A DNA stretch of 55,835 nt from Atractiella rhizophila (Eukaryota), in the NCBI GenBank assembly GCA_021432655.1, contig MU271481.1, positions 1-55,835 on the forward strand. Direction: 5' to 3'. Below the pieces are notes generated by a model. The model did not search any database. It was not told the origin of the DNA and was given only the letters and a program-made list of their open reading frames with translations. Position numbers and translations under genes: made by a program. Shown here piece by piece: positions 1 through 12,688 of this stretch. Numbering within the stretch: position 1 is the stretch's first letter; each line of letters starts with the position of its first letter.

Positions 1-1067
1 ACGTCTGTCGCGTTCCAATAGATAAAGTCCGTTCCAGGATCGATGGAAATATCGTCAGGAGCATCCTCACATTTGTAAGCCGGTGCTTGAAGCGTCGTCG
101 TGAATGTGCAGTTCACACTCTCGCATGCCGCTTTCCAACCAGTGACAGGCGCAGAGGAAAGGAAGACGCGGGTTGCGAGCGCTTGCATCGGCAAGGATGG
201 GCCATCGTACGTTGCGTCCGCCGGATCTCCCTATCCTTTCGATGAGAACGAGCTTCCGTCAGTCAAGTGACATCATAGACAGACCTTCCAAACGATATAA
301 TTTACCAGTTCCGTCTCCTCCGGAAACAGTGTATTCGCCATTGAGAAAGTCGGAACTGTGCAAGGCATGGTAGACGTCGAGGTGCGGAAAGAAGCTGTAA
401 GAGTTGCGGGAGTAAGGATGGCGGGAATGGCGAGTAGACGCGCGATGGTAGAAATGAGGACAAGAGATTTGCTATTCCTCCAAAGCGCGAAGTGAAGGTA
501 GGAAAAGATGGAATTGTTCAGCGCAAATGAAGCAGAAATGTCCTTGAGCGAGCGATAGGTCGTTCGAGCATGGTTCCTATGCTCAAGCTCAGTCATTGAA
601 GATACAGAATGTAAACAGACATACCATGCGGTTTTCGTGAAAGCAATGCTGACAGCCTCAGTGACGAAGACTTGAAAGGCGAATCCCAATCCAGTCCCTA
701 TCCTCAACAACCAATTCTGACTGAGTCCCACATCATCAATAGCTCTTGTATCCACACTATTATAGACGAAGTGATGCGCCAATGCCATGGCCAGCGAAGC
801 AACGAGCCAAAAGGAGGAGATGAGAAAGGTTCCCGAAAGGAAGTGATCAATGAATCGGCGTCGTGGGCGAGAATCGGCGTCGACAACATGGAAGGCAGTC
901 GATCCTGTCTCCTTCGAATTCCACGCTGACTGGAAGTACGAGCTCTCGTTCGGCCTACCCAGTAGGGTCGAATCGCTCGCGTTTCTGACTATGTCGGGAC
1001 GGGGTCCTTGGAGGCGATACTCTTCGTTTTCTAGTTCGTTCGTATGAACTGAGCGGTAGGAGGCCAT
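1..1067 (-). CDS. Fungal multi-pass membrane protein, 5' part (runs off the window start)
   Basis: ORF 273-1067 with hydrophobic helices and a 'HHFVYNSVD...QNWLLRIGTGLGFAF' pattern typical of an uncharacterised fungal membrane family; coding-like sequence continues toward position 1. Confidence 0.6.
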
Positions 1068-1501
1068 TCTGCGGAAACATGATCAGAAGTCCACTCAGAC
1101 ATCCTCAAAAATTCCACCCACCAGATATCGTCACTGTTGGATAGAAGAGGAGAAAACGAGTGCTGTAGAGGGCAGCTGAAACTTATGTAGTGCCGACGTG
1201 CCAAACAGCCCCAGCAGCTCCGATGGCACAGCTCCTACTGTTCCCAGCACCTCTTGCCGTCTTCCATCTCATTGTACACCTGCGTAAAATTCGAATGTTC
1301 GCTTCTTCAATTGTTCGCCCCTAATGACACCGGCGGTGTTGAGCTTGTCTCTCCATGTTCAAAACAACTGATGAGTCACCATTGTCATGACTGTGCGTTA
1401 TCTCCAGGGCAGTCTCGATATGAAATATGTGAAACCTGTCCCAAAAGGTTGGAGAATAAGCTCACGGTAGTCCTGAAGCCAGAACCAAAGAAGACCAAAG
1501 A

Positions 1502-2700
1502 ATGACACCAACGATGGAGGATGTTTGGGGGGACATCTCTCGATTCCCTAAGCTGAAGTCAAGAGGTGAAAAGTCTCGATTAAGCGATTCAGAGCTGCAG
1601 TCCTTTGTCCAGACTCCTCGGGAAGAAGACTCCGTTGCAGCTGCCCGCGCTTTCCTCCAACTGACGGAGGAAGTGTTGAATCTGGGAAAAGAGCTGGATG
1701 TCGTTGCTGGGAAATTAGACAGGCTGGAGAAGGAGGCTGGAGAGCTCGACAGGTGGGCTGAAGGTGGGTCGCTTCTTGTCATTCTCCAGCTGGGTTGGTG
1801 TTGAAGAGATACGAATAGAGCATAAGACTACGTAAATGATATTTCAGCTGTGATTACTTCGTCCACATCCGAGAGTGATGAATGCATTCGACGCCTTATG
1901 AATGTCTGAGGATATCTGTAAGCGAGCGAGCATCTGCGCCTGCATTTGAGTCAGAGGTGGCAGGATGTACCTCAAAGGTTGCATGGATTCGTTGGATCTG
2001 AAATATAAAAGGCTTTCACATAACCTGGCTACACAGTGAAGGGTGTCATGTTCAAACAGACCTGCTATAAAGAGCGTAGTATCTAAAACAGCTGAAGCCT
2101 CACGTGATCCTACGTGCAGGGCAATATCTTGGATTCTATTTGAACCTTGGTGGATGCTCAGAAATGGGGAAGAGAGATGAACCACAAGTTTGTTATCCAA
2201 GAAATAGCGGTCTCCGAACCCCTCATCGCGCCGTATTGCCGCCAGTGCCAGAGTTGGACGCTGATGGAAAACAAAGCGAAGTCATAGTCCTCTTACTCGG
2301 GCGAAAGAAGCCTAGACAAAATTGATGGTTTTGCTCATCGTTACATAAGGCCCTAGTCTCATGCAGCGGGGATTGAATTCTTGTCTACCAGATCTGCTAG
2401 CTCTATTATGTGTCATCCAGCACTGGAAGCTCGAAATGACCTATTCGCAAGGTGCACAGAGTAGCATCAGACTATCTGCTCGGTGATAATCCAAGGAATC
2501 TATTGCATTTTCGATGTGATATGGAAGTGAGTCTGGTGGAGATGGGGAATAAGGATGTCGGGGAATCAAGGCCGTCGAATTCAGCGCCAAAGGATGATTC
2601 TTCACCTTTGACAGAAAATATAAGGACAAAATATGGAGGATTTACCGTCTATATTTACAATGACTTATTATAAGGGACCTCGCAGACGGAAACGAGAGCA
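1502..2700 (+). CDS. Hypothetical protein with coiled-coil first exon; 3' structure uncertain
   Basis: ORF 1502-1804 with heptad-like LTEEVLNLGKELDVVAGKLDRLEKEAGELDRW followed by a GTGGGT donor; downstream exons not resolved and end coordinate approximate. Confidence 0.3.
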
Positions 2701-3330
2701 CGTTAGTTCAAAACTAGGTGAAAAGCTGGTCAATACCTTCCTCCAAATGCATCGGCGTCTCTTGAAGCAGCAGATTTGCAGCCAACTCTACAAATAATAT
2801 CACATTACACGTTTCATCTATCCTCGACTCAGCCTCACTACGGCCAGCCCACGCTTTAAGTTGACATGAGAGAGACTCGGGATGGTAAGGTCGCTGCCGT
2901 TTGCGAACCCTTTTAGAGCGCTCAGCTCCCATCGTCTGATCCCGCGCTAAAGGAAAGGTCCTCCGAGGGATCCAGTCAGGGATACCCACCCATTCTTGTT
3001 TGGGCTGAAAGGATGACAGAGGTCCACAAGTCAACTTGTCAACTTGAGTCAAGGTGCCGACTTTCGGCTTCCTCAAATGGATACTGATACTTTCTTTGCC
3101 ACTTTGTCTGAACATAAAACCATGAAGCAGCCTCCGTTTGTTCAACATTCGTACACCTCACGTCTTGCGTTACTCTGTGCGTCCGTTCCTGACGCAGTGA
3201 CCGTGACCCTCGTAAAGAGACGAAAGCAAGCCCCGTCGTAGTCGTCCGGACGAACGAAGAACGAGCCCCTGAGGTGCTGTAACCACAAAAACGACGAATT
3301 CTTCATTTCGCCACTCATCCTTCGCCCACA

Positions 3331-6300
3331 ATGTTCCTACGTCGTCTTCCCCCCCGGCACCTCCTCCGCACCTCCCTCTCTCCGCGGCAGACTCCCCTCC
3401 GCGCACTGGCCACCGCTGCCTCCCCCACACCCGCCAACCTCAAGTCGGCCCCGTCGCCAGTCGACGCCTTCGCCAATGGCACCAACTCGTACTACATCGA
3501 GGAAATGTACCGCCTCTACCAGCGCGACCCTTCCGCCGTGCACCCCAGTTGGAAGGTCTACTTTAGCGGGATGGACACCAAGGGCTTGAAGAGCGAACAT
3601 GCTTTTGTCCCCCCTCCCCAACTTATGGCTGGGCTGGGCGCTATGCCTGTGGCTGCGGATGGAGCACCCGTATTGAGTATGGGTGGTGGAGGTGATTTGG
3701 AGGATCATATGAAGGTTCGTTGCCCTCTTTTACACGTCGGGGTTCGGCGCTGCAAGCAAAAGCAGCTTCATTAATGCATGCTTGTGGTTCGACGTGGGGC
3801 TCCTCTTTAGCCTTTTGGATGGGCCATTTCTCGTCCGGATTGCTCCACCTTTGTAGCGAACGAATTTTACTGGTGGTCTGTAGCAAAATTACGCTTAGCG
3901 TCACGAGAACCAGCAGCGAGCTTGCCATTGGCAGTTCAAATACTCAGACTGAAGGTCTTCATTTAAACCCCCTCGTTCTCGCATTCTTTTCGTTATTGAG
4001 CAGCCCAGAAGTTCATGTTGCAGCGAGGCAGCCAAAGTGCGTTGGTTGACACATTATGGTGATGGGTAATAGGTACAATTGCTCGTTCGAGCATACCAAG
4101 TACGGGGTCACCACATCGCGACCCTGGATCCACTAGGCATCAACGCCGTCGACCTCGACTCATCCGTCCCCTCCGAACTTCAAATCTCGACCTACGGATG
4201 GGAAGAGAAGGATCTCGACAAAGAATTCGCGCTAGGTCCCGGTATCCTTCCCCAATTCCTCGAATCCGGCATCACGAAGATGACCCTTCGAGAGGTGATT
4301 GAGACCTGCAAGAAGGTCTATTGCTCATCAGTCGGCGTCCAATACGTCCATATCCCCGACCGTCTCCAATGCGATTGGCTCCGAGCTAAATTCGAAACCC
4401 CTGTCCCGTACAGCTATACCATCGACGAGAAGAGGATGATATTGGATAGACTGATTTGGTCGGACTCTTTCGAAAAGTTCATCGCGTCCAAATACCCGAA
4501 TGAAAAGCGTTTCGGACTCGAAGGTTGCGAGAGCTTGATTCCGGGAATGAAGGCCTTGATCGATAGGAGCGTGGATGAGGGAGTGAAGAGCATCGTCATC
4601 GGCATGCCCCATCGAGGAAGGCTCAATGTGCTGTCGAACGTCATTCGTAAACCGACGGAAGCTATCCTTAACGAATTCGCTGGCTCGAAGGATCCCAACG
4701 AAGAGGGAGGTGGAGACGTCAAGTATCATTTGGGCGCCAACTACGTGCGACCGACCCCGTCAGGGAAGAGAGTGTACCTTTCCCTCGTTGCTAATCCTTC
4801 GCATTTGGAAGCCGAAGACCCGGTCGTGCTCGGCAAAACGAAGGGGATTCAACACTTTGAAGGGATGGGAGACACGAACAGCGCCATGGGCGTGTTGTTG
4901 CATGGAGATGCAGCGTTCGCAGGTCAAGGAGTGGTCTATGAGACCATGGGGATGTACGATTTGCCAAACTATGGAACGGGGGGAACGATCCACCTCATCG
5001 TCAACAATCAGATTGGATTCACCACCGACCCGAGAGAAGGACGATCGACCCCGTACCCCTCCGATATCGCCAAAGCTATCGACGCACCTATCTTCCACGT
5101 AAATGGTGACGATGTGGAAGCGGTCAATTTCGTCTGTCAGTTGGCGGCGGATTGGAGGGCCAAATTCAAGAAGGACGTGGTCATCGATATCGTTTGTTAT
5201 CGAAAGCACGGACATAACGAAACCGATCAACCCTCTTTCACCCAACCGAAGATGTATCAGGCGATCGGGAAGCAGAAGAGCGCGTTGGAACAGTATGCGG
5301 AGAAGCTGGTGAAGGAGGAAACGTTCACGAAGGAGGAGATTGAGAAACATAAGCAGTGGGTTTGGGGAATGTTGGAGAAGGCTCAAGAGGCTTCTAAAGA
5401 TTATAAGACGACAAGTAGGGAGTGGTTGTCTAGCAGTTGGGAGGGATTCCCGAGTCCTAAAGAGCTGAAGGAGAATATCCTCGAGGCGAGGAAGACGGGA
5501 GTGGAGGTCGACCGTCTCAAGTCGATCGGAGAACAGTTGGGCAATTTCCCGGATACGTTCAGCGTTCATAGGAATTTGGCGAGGATTTTGGCTACGAGAG
5601 CAAAGACGGTGAAGGAGGGAGTGAACATCGATTACTCCACTGCCGAGGCTTTGGCTTTCGGTACGCTTGCGCTGGAGGGAAACCATGTTCGTCTCTCGGG
5701 TCAAGATGTAGAGAGAGGAACGTTCTCACAGAGACACGCCGTGCTCCATGATCAAGAGACGGACGAACGTTATACCCCTCTCAACCATTTGAGTGAGGAT
5801 CAGGCGAAACTCACCATTTGTAACTCTCCTCTGTCCGAATTCGGGGTTCTCGGTTTCGAATTGGGCTATTCGTTGGTCGATCCCCATAGTTTGACTATTT
5901 GGGAAGCACAGTGTTCGTCATTTCTCATATATGTTTTATCTCGAACAGAATTGCCTGAACTGCGCTGCGATGATGGATAGTTGGCGACTTCGCAAACGGT
6001 GCCGCAGTGATAGTCGACCAATTCATCTCCTCTGGCGAGCGCAAATGGCTACAACGCTCCGGTCTGGTCATGTCCCTTCCTCATGGATACGACGGTCAAG
6101 GACCAGAACACTCCTCTGCTAGGCTCGAAAGGTTCCTCCAGCTCTGCGATGACCATCCCCTCCGTTTCCCGAGGGGCGATAAACTCAAACGACAGCTTCA
6201 GGATTGCAATATGCAGGTCGTTTATCCTACCACTCCCTCCAATTGCTTCCACGTGCTGAGGAGACAGGTTCATCGGTATGCTTTTCATCAACCTTTTCCA

Positions 6301-6969
6301 TACAAGACGGAAGCAATGCTCAGTCGACCATAACAGTGACTTCCGAAAGCCACTTATCCTCCTTTTCTCCAAAAACTTGCTCCGTCATCCGATGGCGAGA
6401 AGCACAATCGAGGAAATGGGGGCCGGAACGGCCTTCCAGCGTTTCATCCCCGATCCTCATCCCGAATCTCTTGCCCCTCCCGAAGAGATCAAGCGTCACA
6501 TCGTTCGTCCTTTTTTTCTCGCAGGGATTGCCTCCTCATTTGTGCATAGATCTGTTCTGGACAAGTTTACTACCAGCTTCTACAAGAGCGGGAGAATCGC
6601 GGTATCAACAACATTGCCATATCTCGACTTGAACAAATCTCTCCTGTGCCATACGACCTCATCGTTCCTGCTCTGAATAAGTATCCCAACTCGGATGTCA
6701 TGTGGGCTCAAGAGGAACCGCTCAACGGTGGTGCCTGGTCGTACCTGCAGTCGAGAATTGAAACCGCCATGCGCGAAACCGATCACCATAAGGAACAAAG
6801 GGTCTGGTTTGCAGGTCGTGACCCCACTTCGAGCGTGGCGACTGGAAGCAAGGCAGCCCACAAAGCTGAAATGGCAGCCGTATGCCCTTTTCTTCCATTT
6901 CTGTTTGGTCATAACTAATTGTGCTGTTGGTCACAGTATCTAAATGCCGCTTTAACTCTACGGGAGTAG
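3331..6969 (+). CDS. KGD1: 2-oxoglutarate dehydrogenase E1 component, mitochondrial
   Basis: Arg-rich presequence; motifs [76 protein letters not shown]. Introns 3715-4072, 5913-5980, 6276-6336, 6503-6549, 6880-6936; stop TAG 6967-6969. Confidence 0.97.
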
Positions 6970-7275
6970 ACAATGCTCGGTTATTTGAAGTAAATACGGA
7001 ATGTAGTAGTTTCAATAGTCCTTATATTCGTCTTTCTAATCGCATAGCAATCTCATGTGCTCGAATTTCACCAATCAAAGCCTCATCAGGGCCGACCCTT
7101 TCCTTATCTGTTTGACACGAGATCTCGAAGATTGGATTGATCAGATTTGAGGTAGGGACTCAACAAATTAACGCTCGCATTTGAGTCTTCCAGGCTTTTG
7201 TGTGAACGTGGGGAGAATTCTCCGCCTACTCGTAGCTCTCTAATGTAATCCTTCACTCCCTTCTCTCTTTTGCTG

Positions 7276-9477
7276 TCAAAGAACACCGTCTGCGGTATCA
7301 TTAGAGTTCACCTTTCCAACGGCCAAGTTGTCCTGTGCTCGTTGCACCTCCTTTGTCCAATCTGCTCTCTCAATGAATAAGACACTGGCAATCATAGTCC
7401 CATAGACGGCGACGGTGCAGCCCACCCAGAGTCCAAACAGACCCATTTGAAAGTTAGAGAACGCAAGGTAGAAACCGAGTGGTAATCCGACGACATAAAA
7501 TGCAGCTGATTGCAAGCACTTCAAAAGGAAAAACCATATGGAGGATGGTACAACGCACTCAAATTGATTGCTGCCCCAACGTTTTGTCTTCCCATGCCTC
7601 TCAGTACCCCCGTTCTACGAGGCAAGTCAGTGTTTGGCAGCGGCGACGGATGCGAAACGGACGAGGCTGCCGAGACTCCATCACCCAACTGAAAGGATGC
7701 AACCTGCACATGAGGTATCAGACTCTCCTCCAGATCGGACTTTGGGGCAGCTTACTAATGGTAGAACAGAAGCAACAGATTCAACTATCGGCGCCTCACC
7801 AATGAAAAGATAACCCCATTTGTTCCTGAGGAGGAACAGCCACAATGAGTTGATAACAGAAATTCCAGCAGCTAACAAGATCGTGATTCGACCTGTACCG
7901 TTTAGCTGTTGATACGACACATATGAACGGGAAAACCCACTTGTCTTCTGAGCCATGATTCCAAAGCCGCCACCAATGCAGTTCCCGGTCCTGACGGCTG
8001 CAGCTCTAAGTCGTCATTCAGTGGAGCTGTTCACACTTTCGTTGAAGAAACGGCGCACGATCCCAAAGCAGCTGGGAGCTGGTAACTCAATGCTGCTGTG
8101 ATGATAAGAATGCTCTGCGCCGCCAGTTGAGCCGGACCCATCAATGAGGCTCCAAACGTGATGACTTCCCTGATGAACGAAAGGTTCACGGAACGTTCAT
8201 TCTATAAGGAAATTGACCCAACCATGACCACCATTCGCTCCCCTAAACACTTTGAGCAGTTTTTACAGAAAATCAACAATGAAAACGGACCACCATAAGG
8301 ATACCTGCTATTCCCTGTTGAAGAGTCAACTACATGTTACTCCAAAGCCACTACACACCAATTTGAGATTCATCCACAAGCCTATCTGTAGATCAGCGAG
8401 GCGATTTGTGAGCAAGGATGCACAAACCTCTAGCGTTGAGAATCTCCATCGAAAATCCACCCCAGCCTTTTCTGTCCACCCACCACACACTATACGCCAA
8501 AGAGAACAAGAACATCGACCACATAGACAAGACCGTCGCCACAGGAGCACCGGCAAAACCAATCCGTACTGAATCTGGTCCCCAGACAAGTAGCAGGTTA
8601 CCTGCAATGTTGATCGGTAGACTGAAGGCTGTGGCTACAGTCGGAACGGTCATCAATGCCTGTTGGATCATTGAGAATCGTCACTCTAAGCAGAGAGGAG
8701 GTACCTGAGCTTGCAGCCAGCGTCGAACACACTCAAAGCCTGCATAAGCCGGTAAACCACAGCTCACTATCTGTTAAATCTTGAGCTTGCATCTGAACGT
8801 AGACAAACGACGTACTCGAAGGTAAAGCGAAGCAAGTCGAGCGACTTCGGCATCCTGTCGAAGAACAATGAAGATTGGCTCTGCTAACCAGAATAATGTG
8901 ATTTGAGGTACTGCCAACAACAGTAGTATGAGATAAGTCCTTAAGGCGTGTAGAGACGTGGATTTGGGATTGGAAGAGGTGAAAGCTTGAGAAGAAAGAG
9001 AATCGATGGCGGAGCACACTCCTGATACCAGAGAGAAGCAAGCAACGTTCGCAGTTATCGATGCCAGTGATGAAGCTACACACTGAAGCGTAAGCGCATA
9101 CCTCGATTTATCGAAGCAGAGCGCTCACCAGCCAATTCCGTCGTCCCCAAATGGCCCACGCTAAAAACGGTAACGGCCAATAGCGAATATTCAAAGCAAT
9201 AAGTGGCGAATATTGGAGTCGTGTAACAAGCGAGAAGCCACCATTCCTTTCTGGTGTTCCAATGTGGATCAAACAATCCGAGGGCTCTATCATGCGTGGA
9301 CGTGGCAAGGAGAGGTGTGCTTTCGCTGGCACCAAGAGCAGGGGTCACCGAAGGACGTCCCCTAACTTGAACATTCGGTTCGCACTCGGGAACTTGAATG
9401 CTGGAAATATTGAGTCCGTCGAAAGATGTCACTCGTACGTCCAGGTCGTTGTGATCAGTGTGTGAATTGGAAGCCAT
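7276..9477 (-). CDS. MATE family multidrug/toxin efflux transporter
   Basis: Exon peptides SVGHLGTTELA, AIDSLSSQAF, GPDSVRIGFAGAPVAT, GVLRGMGRQNVGAAINL, FYVVGLPLG, GLFGLWVG, DWTKEVQRA; many short introns. Confidence 0.92.
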
Positions 9478-9956
9478 AGGGTATGGAGAATGAGCTTGGG
9501 CTCTTAGTTCCTCTAGCTGTTGCAAGGGTCTTCGATGTATACAGGACAGGATGAATCAAGCAAGAATAGGCTGAAACCTTTAAGTGTTTATATGAGCCGG
9601 GTAAAAGACCATGGCTTGACTCGAGTCGATGGAGAGGCGTCTAGTAAGAATCGGCACTCTTTCTCAGTCAAGAACAACGGCGCTGCGCTATTAGGATTTG
9701 ATGCTATTGAATTTTTGCTACAAATTGGTGGTATGCAAGCTGGGCTGCTATAAAGCTGTGATTAATATCGGCTTACTCAGCATTGAGAGAGGGAATCAGA
9801 AACCAGAAGTCATGTTGGTGTGCTGATTTGAACCGACTCAGTCAGTTTGAGAGGGAGACTGTCTGGTTGATTGAATCTCGTGAGGAGCGAGCTTCCAACA
9901 TGATAGGAAAGCTCATACAGGTCGAGTACACGTCGATTATAACATGAGAAATGTTT

Positions 9957-9990
9957 CGATTATATGGAGCGATTATATGGAGCGATTATA
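9957..9990. repeat. 13-bp tandem repeat (CGATTATATGGAG x2.6)
   Basis: Direct reading: cgattatatggag cgattatatggag cgattata. Confidence 0.85.
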
Positions 9991-10034
9991 GGACAATCAA
10001 TACAGTAGGAAAGTAGCGATGCTGAAATGTGTGA

Positions 10035-12101
10035 CTAAAAATAAGGAAGAGTAGTTCGGAAATCGTCCAACACGGGCGAGGGACTGCGATCATAATATGA
10101 AATGTCAGAGGAAGAATCCAACGGCAAAAATTGTAGAGGTTGCTGCTGTACTAGGGAGTTTTCATCCTCAAAATCTTGCATGAATTGGACCATTTTGCTG
10201 CTAGGCCACAGGATCCTTTCGCATCTCTTCATCATGCTAATACCACCTTCATAAAAGCATTTTGTTGGAAGGAGACACGCACAGAAACCCATCATCTCGC
10301 AGTCGCGCGTTATTCTGGCTTTGCATCCATCTTGCAAACCATCCACCGTCCATAAGACGAAGCTCCGCCATTATGCTTCGTTGCCAAAGAAAAGGATTGC
10401 TGAATCCGCCAGACCACATCTTTCTGATGTTTTGAAAGCTTCAGACAGGTAGCTAATAGAGTAGACAAGCTGCTCGTCTAATCGCCGTTGAGTGATATCG
10501 CGAAGTTCTTGTGAGATTGAATCATGCAAACGTTGCTCTTGAGAAAGAAGGATGGCGAGGGCCAATGCGTGCCGGGTCATAGATGCCACCACTTCGTTCA
10601 CGAAAAGAATAGGGAATTGAGAGTCCCCAAATGATACTGAAAGGCTAGCGTCGTCGCTTGGTGTCCCAATTATCGTAGGGAAGTCTAGTAAAGCTGTCGG
10701 AAAGTGTATATGCCACTGCTCTTGAAAAGATGTCACAGCCATCGCAAGGGGCACGATCTCATCGACGTATTTTGTACCATCGTCTAAGACAAGGTTCTGC
10801 TCTGATAATTGGGAGGTAAGAATGAGATGGAGCGGAGTGAATTATAGGCCTACCAGAATAGATCAGAGCCCTGGTGACTCTTTCGAGGTATGACAAGCAA
10901 TCATGAAGTGATGACGATGACGGAGTCATCAGGTGGAGTTCGAAGGCGAAGCCCAAATCAAGGTAGTGTTGGTAATGTGGCAGGTAACGAATGCAGTGTT
11001 CCTCAGATCTTCAAGAACCTTGAGCCAATATCCACATTCGAATGGGGAACTTACATCTTAGGTTCGCAAGCATAAAGAAAGCCTTTGTGATTGTCAATCC
11101 TCTTCACGATCACAGTCAGCGACGAAGATGTGGTTCGCTGCTAGACCTACACATAATATCCTGAAACACTCCTCTAAGATTGACTTTCGATCCTCGCCTG
11201 ACGTCCACCATAGAACAGACAGATGTTTGAGAGATATTTCTGTGAGAATGTCCCATACCAGTGGGTCCTGTAGGAGTCTCAGCTGCGTCTGAATCAGAGA
11301 ATAATACGCACCGGGTATTCATCCACCAAGGCTTGTCCTAGCTGCACGAGATCACTCAAGCTTTCCAACGACGGTCGACGCAAAGGTGATTGTGGCAACA
11401 GAGCTTCTTCCAGTAGACTGCTGACTGTTACTTTCCATTCTTTGTATTTTTTCTCGACTTCTGCTCTTTCAGTAATTGGTAGACTTGAAGCGGAGACGTC
11501 TGATGATGGGCTTAAGCTGGATAAATCCTATCCTTTCCTTAATAGGGGCTAGGGGATGATCACAAAGAAACTTACGACCTGCGAGGCGTCTGCTGCTGAT
11601 GGATAAACGATTAAAGACTTGGCAATGAAATGGGTTAGGAAAGTCAATGATTTGGGTGGGGGGGGGAGACCAACCAGTAAGTCGCTCAAAATCGATTGAA
11701 GTTGTGGTATCAAACTTCCTCGCGGCGGGCTTGCGTCTACGGGCGAGGTGGATTTCAATCGCTTAACCGCAGTGGTACTTTCTGTACGCCTTTTTCGTTT
11801 TGACTTGATTCGAGTAACGTCTGCTTCAAGTTGCCTGCTGGATGTATAATTTGACTTGTGAGAGAGCTGCTCCAAATCCCATCTGGAGAACAAGGTTAGG
11901 TCGCAACGAGGTTTCACATTCAAATACAAACCTTTTATCTGAAAGCTGAGCTGGACGCGTGCTGGTCTGTCGGGGTACGTGACAGGAGAAGATGCACTCT
12001 TTTGCATGTTGGACGCAGTTGTCGCAGGTGAAAGAGGAGCCCGTTCGAAAGCAATCCACTGCTGAGCTTCGACAGGCTTCACAACCAGGTTCCAAGTGCA
12101 T
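10035..12101 (-). CDS. Zn(II)2Cys6 binuclear-cluster transcription factor (3' end approximate)
   Basis: First exon CEAC-RSSAVD-C-FRTGSSFT-CDNC-VQHAKE-C = Cx2Cx6Cx8Cx2Cx6C; basic NLS-like KSKRKRR; downstream helical exons 10371-10956 and 10035-10346. Confidence 0.7.
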
Positions 12102-12688
12102 CTTTGAATATTTGAATACGGAAGAAAGAATAGAGTAATTACCTCAATTGAATGAAGTCTGCAGTTCAATATATACCTTATACCTCCTCCGCTGTTCCGA
12201 AGACTATGTCAGCAGAAACAGGATCCATAGAGGCTTCAAATGTTCAGTACTTTCACCTTGCCCCAAAAATGGTCCAAACTTGCTGAGACAATGCGTTGTA
12301 CCGCAGTGTACTAATCCCTCGTATACCCTCAGCTGAGCTTATCATGAGGAGCCATGAGTTAAGCAGCTCTCCGAAAGATGGAGTGTGGCCAAACAAGTGC
12401 CGAGTTCGACTCAAAGGAAGCTGTTAATGTTTGGAGAGATGGCCAAGTTGGCGACGAAAGGGATTAAATGGCTTTACGATGGTCAAACAAGGACGGACAA
12501 CGAGGGCTGTCAAGCCGTGGGATGGAGATGGAGTGTGCAGTGACGCTTGTAAAAAGATGCTTTGTACGTCAGGTTGGGTTACTGAAACAGAATTTTTATC
12601 GAATTTATCAGGTGTAACAGCACAGTAAGACAATGTCAACTACAACTACATCGCTCGCAACATGTCGTTGTCAGCGGATTTGCAGACA

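Noticed and set aside
4328..5704. Long antisense ORFs (133, 102, 314 aa) opposite KGD1
   Set aside because: Shadow ORFs caused by codon bias of a conserved gene; no recognisable motifs
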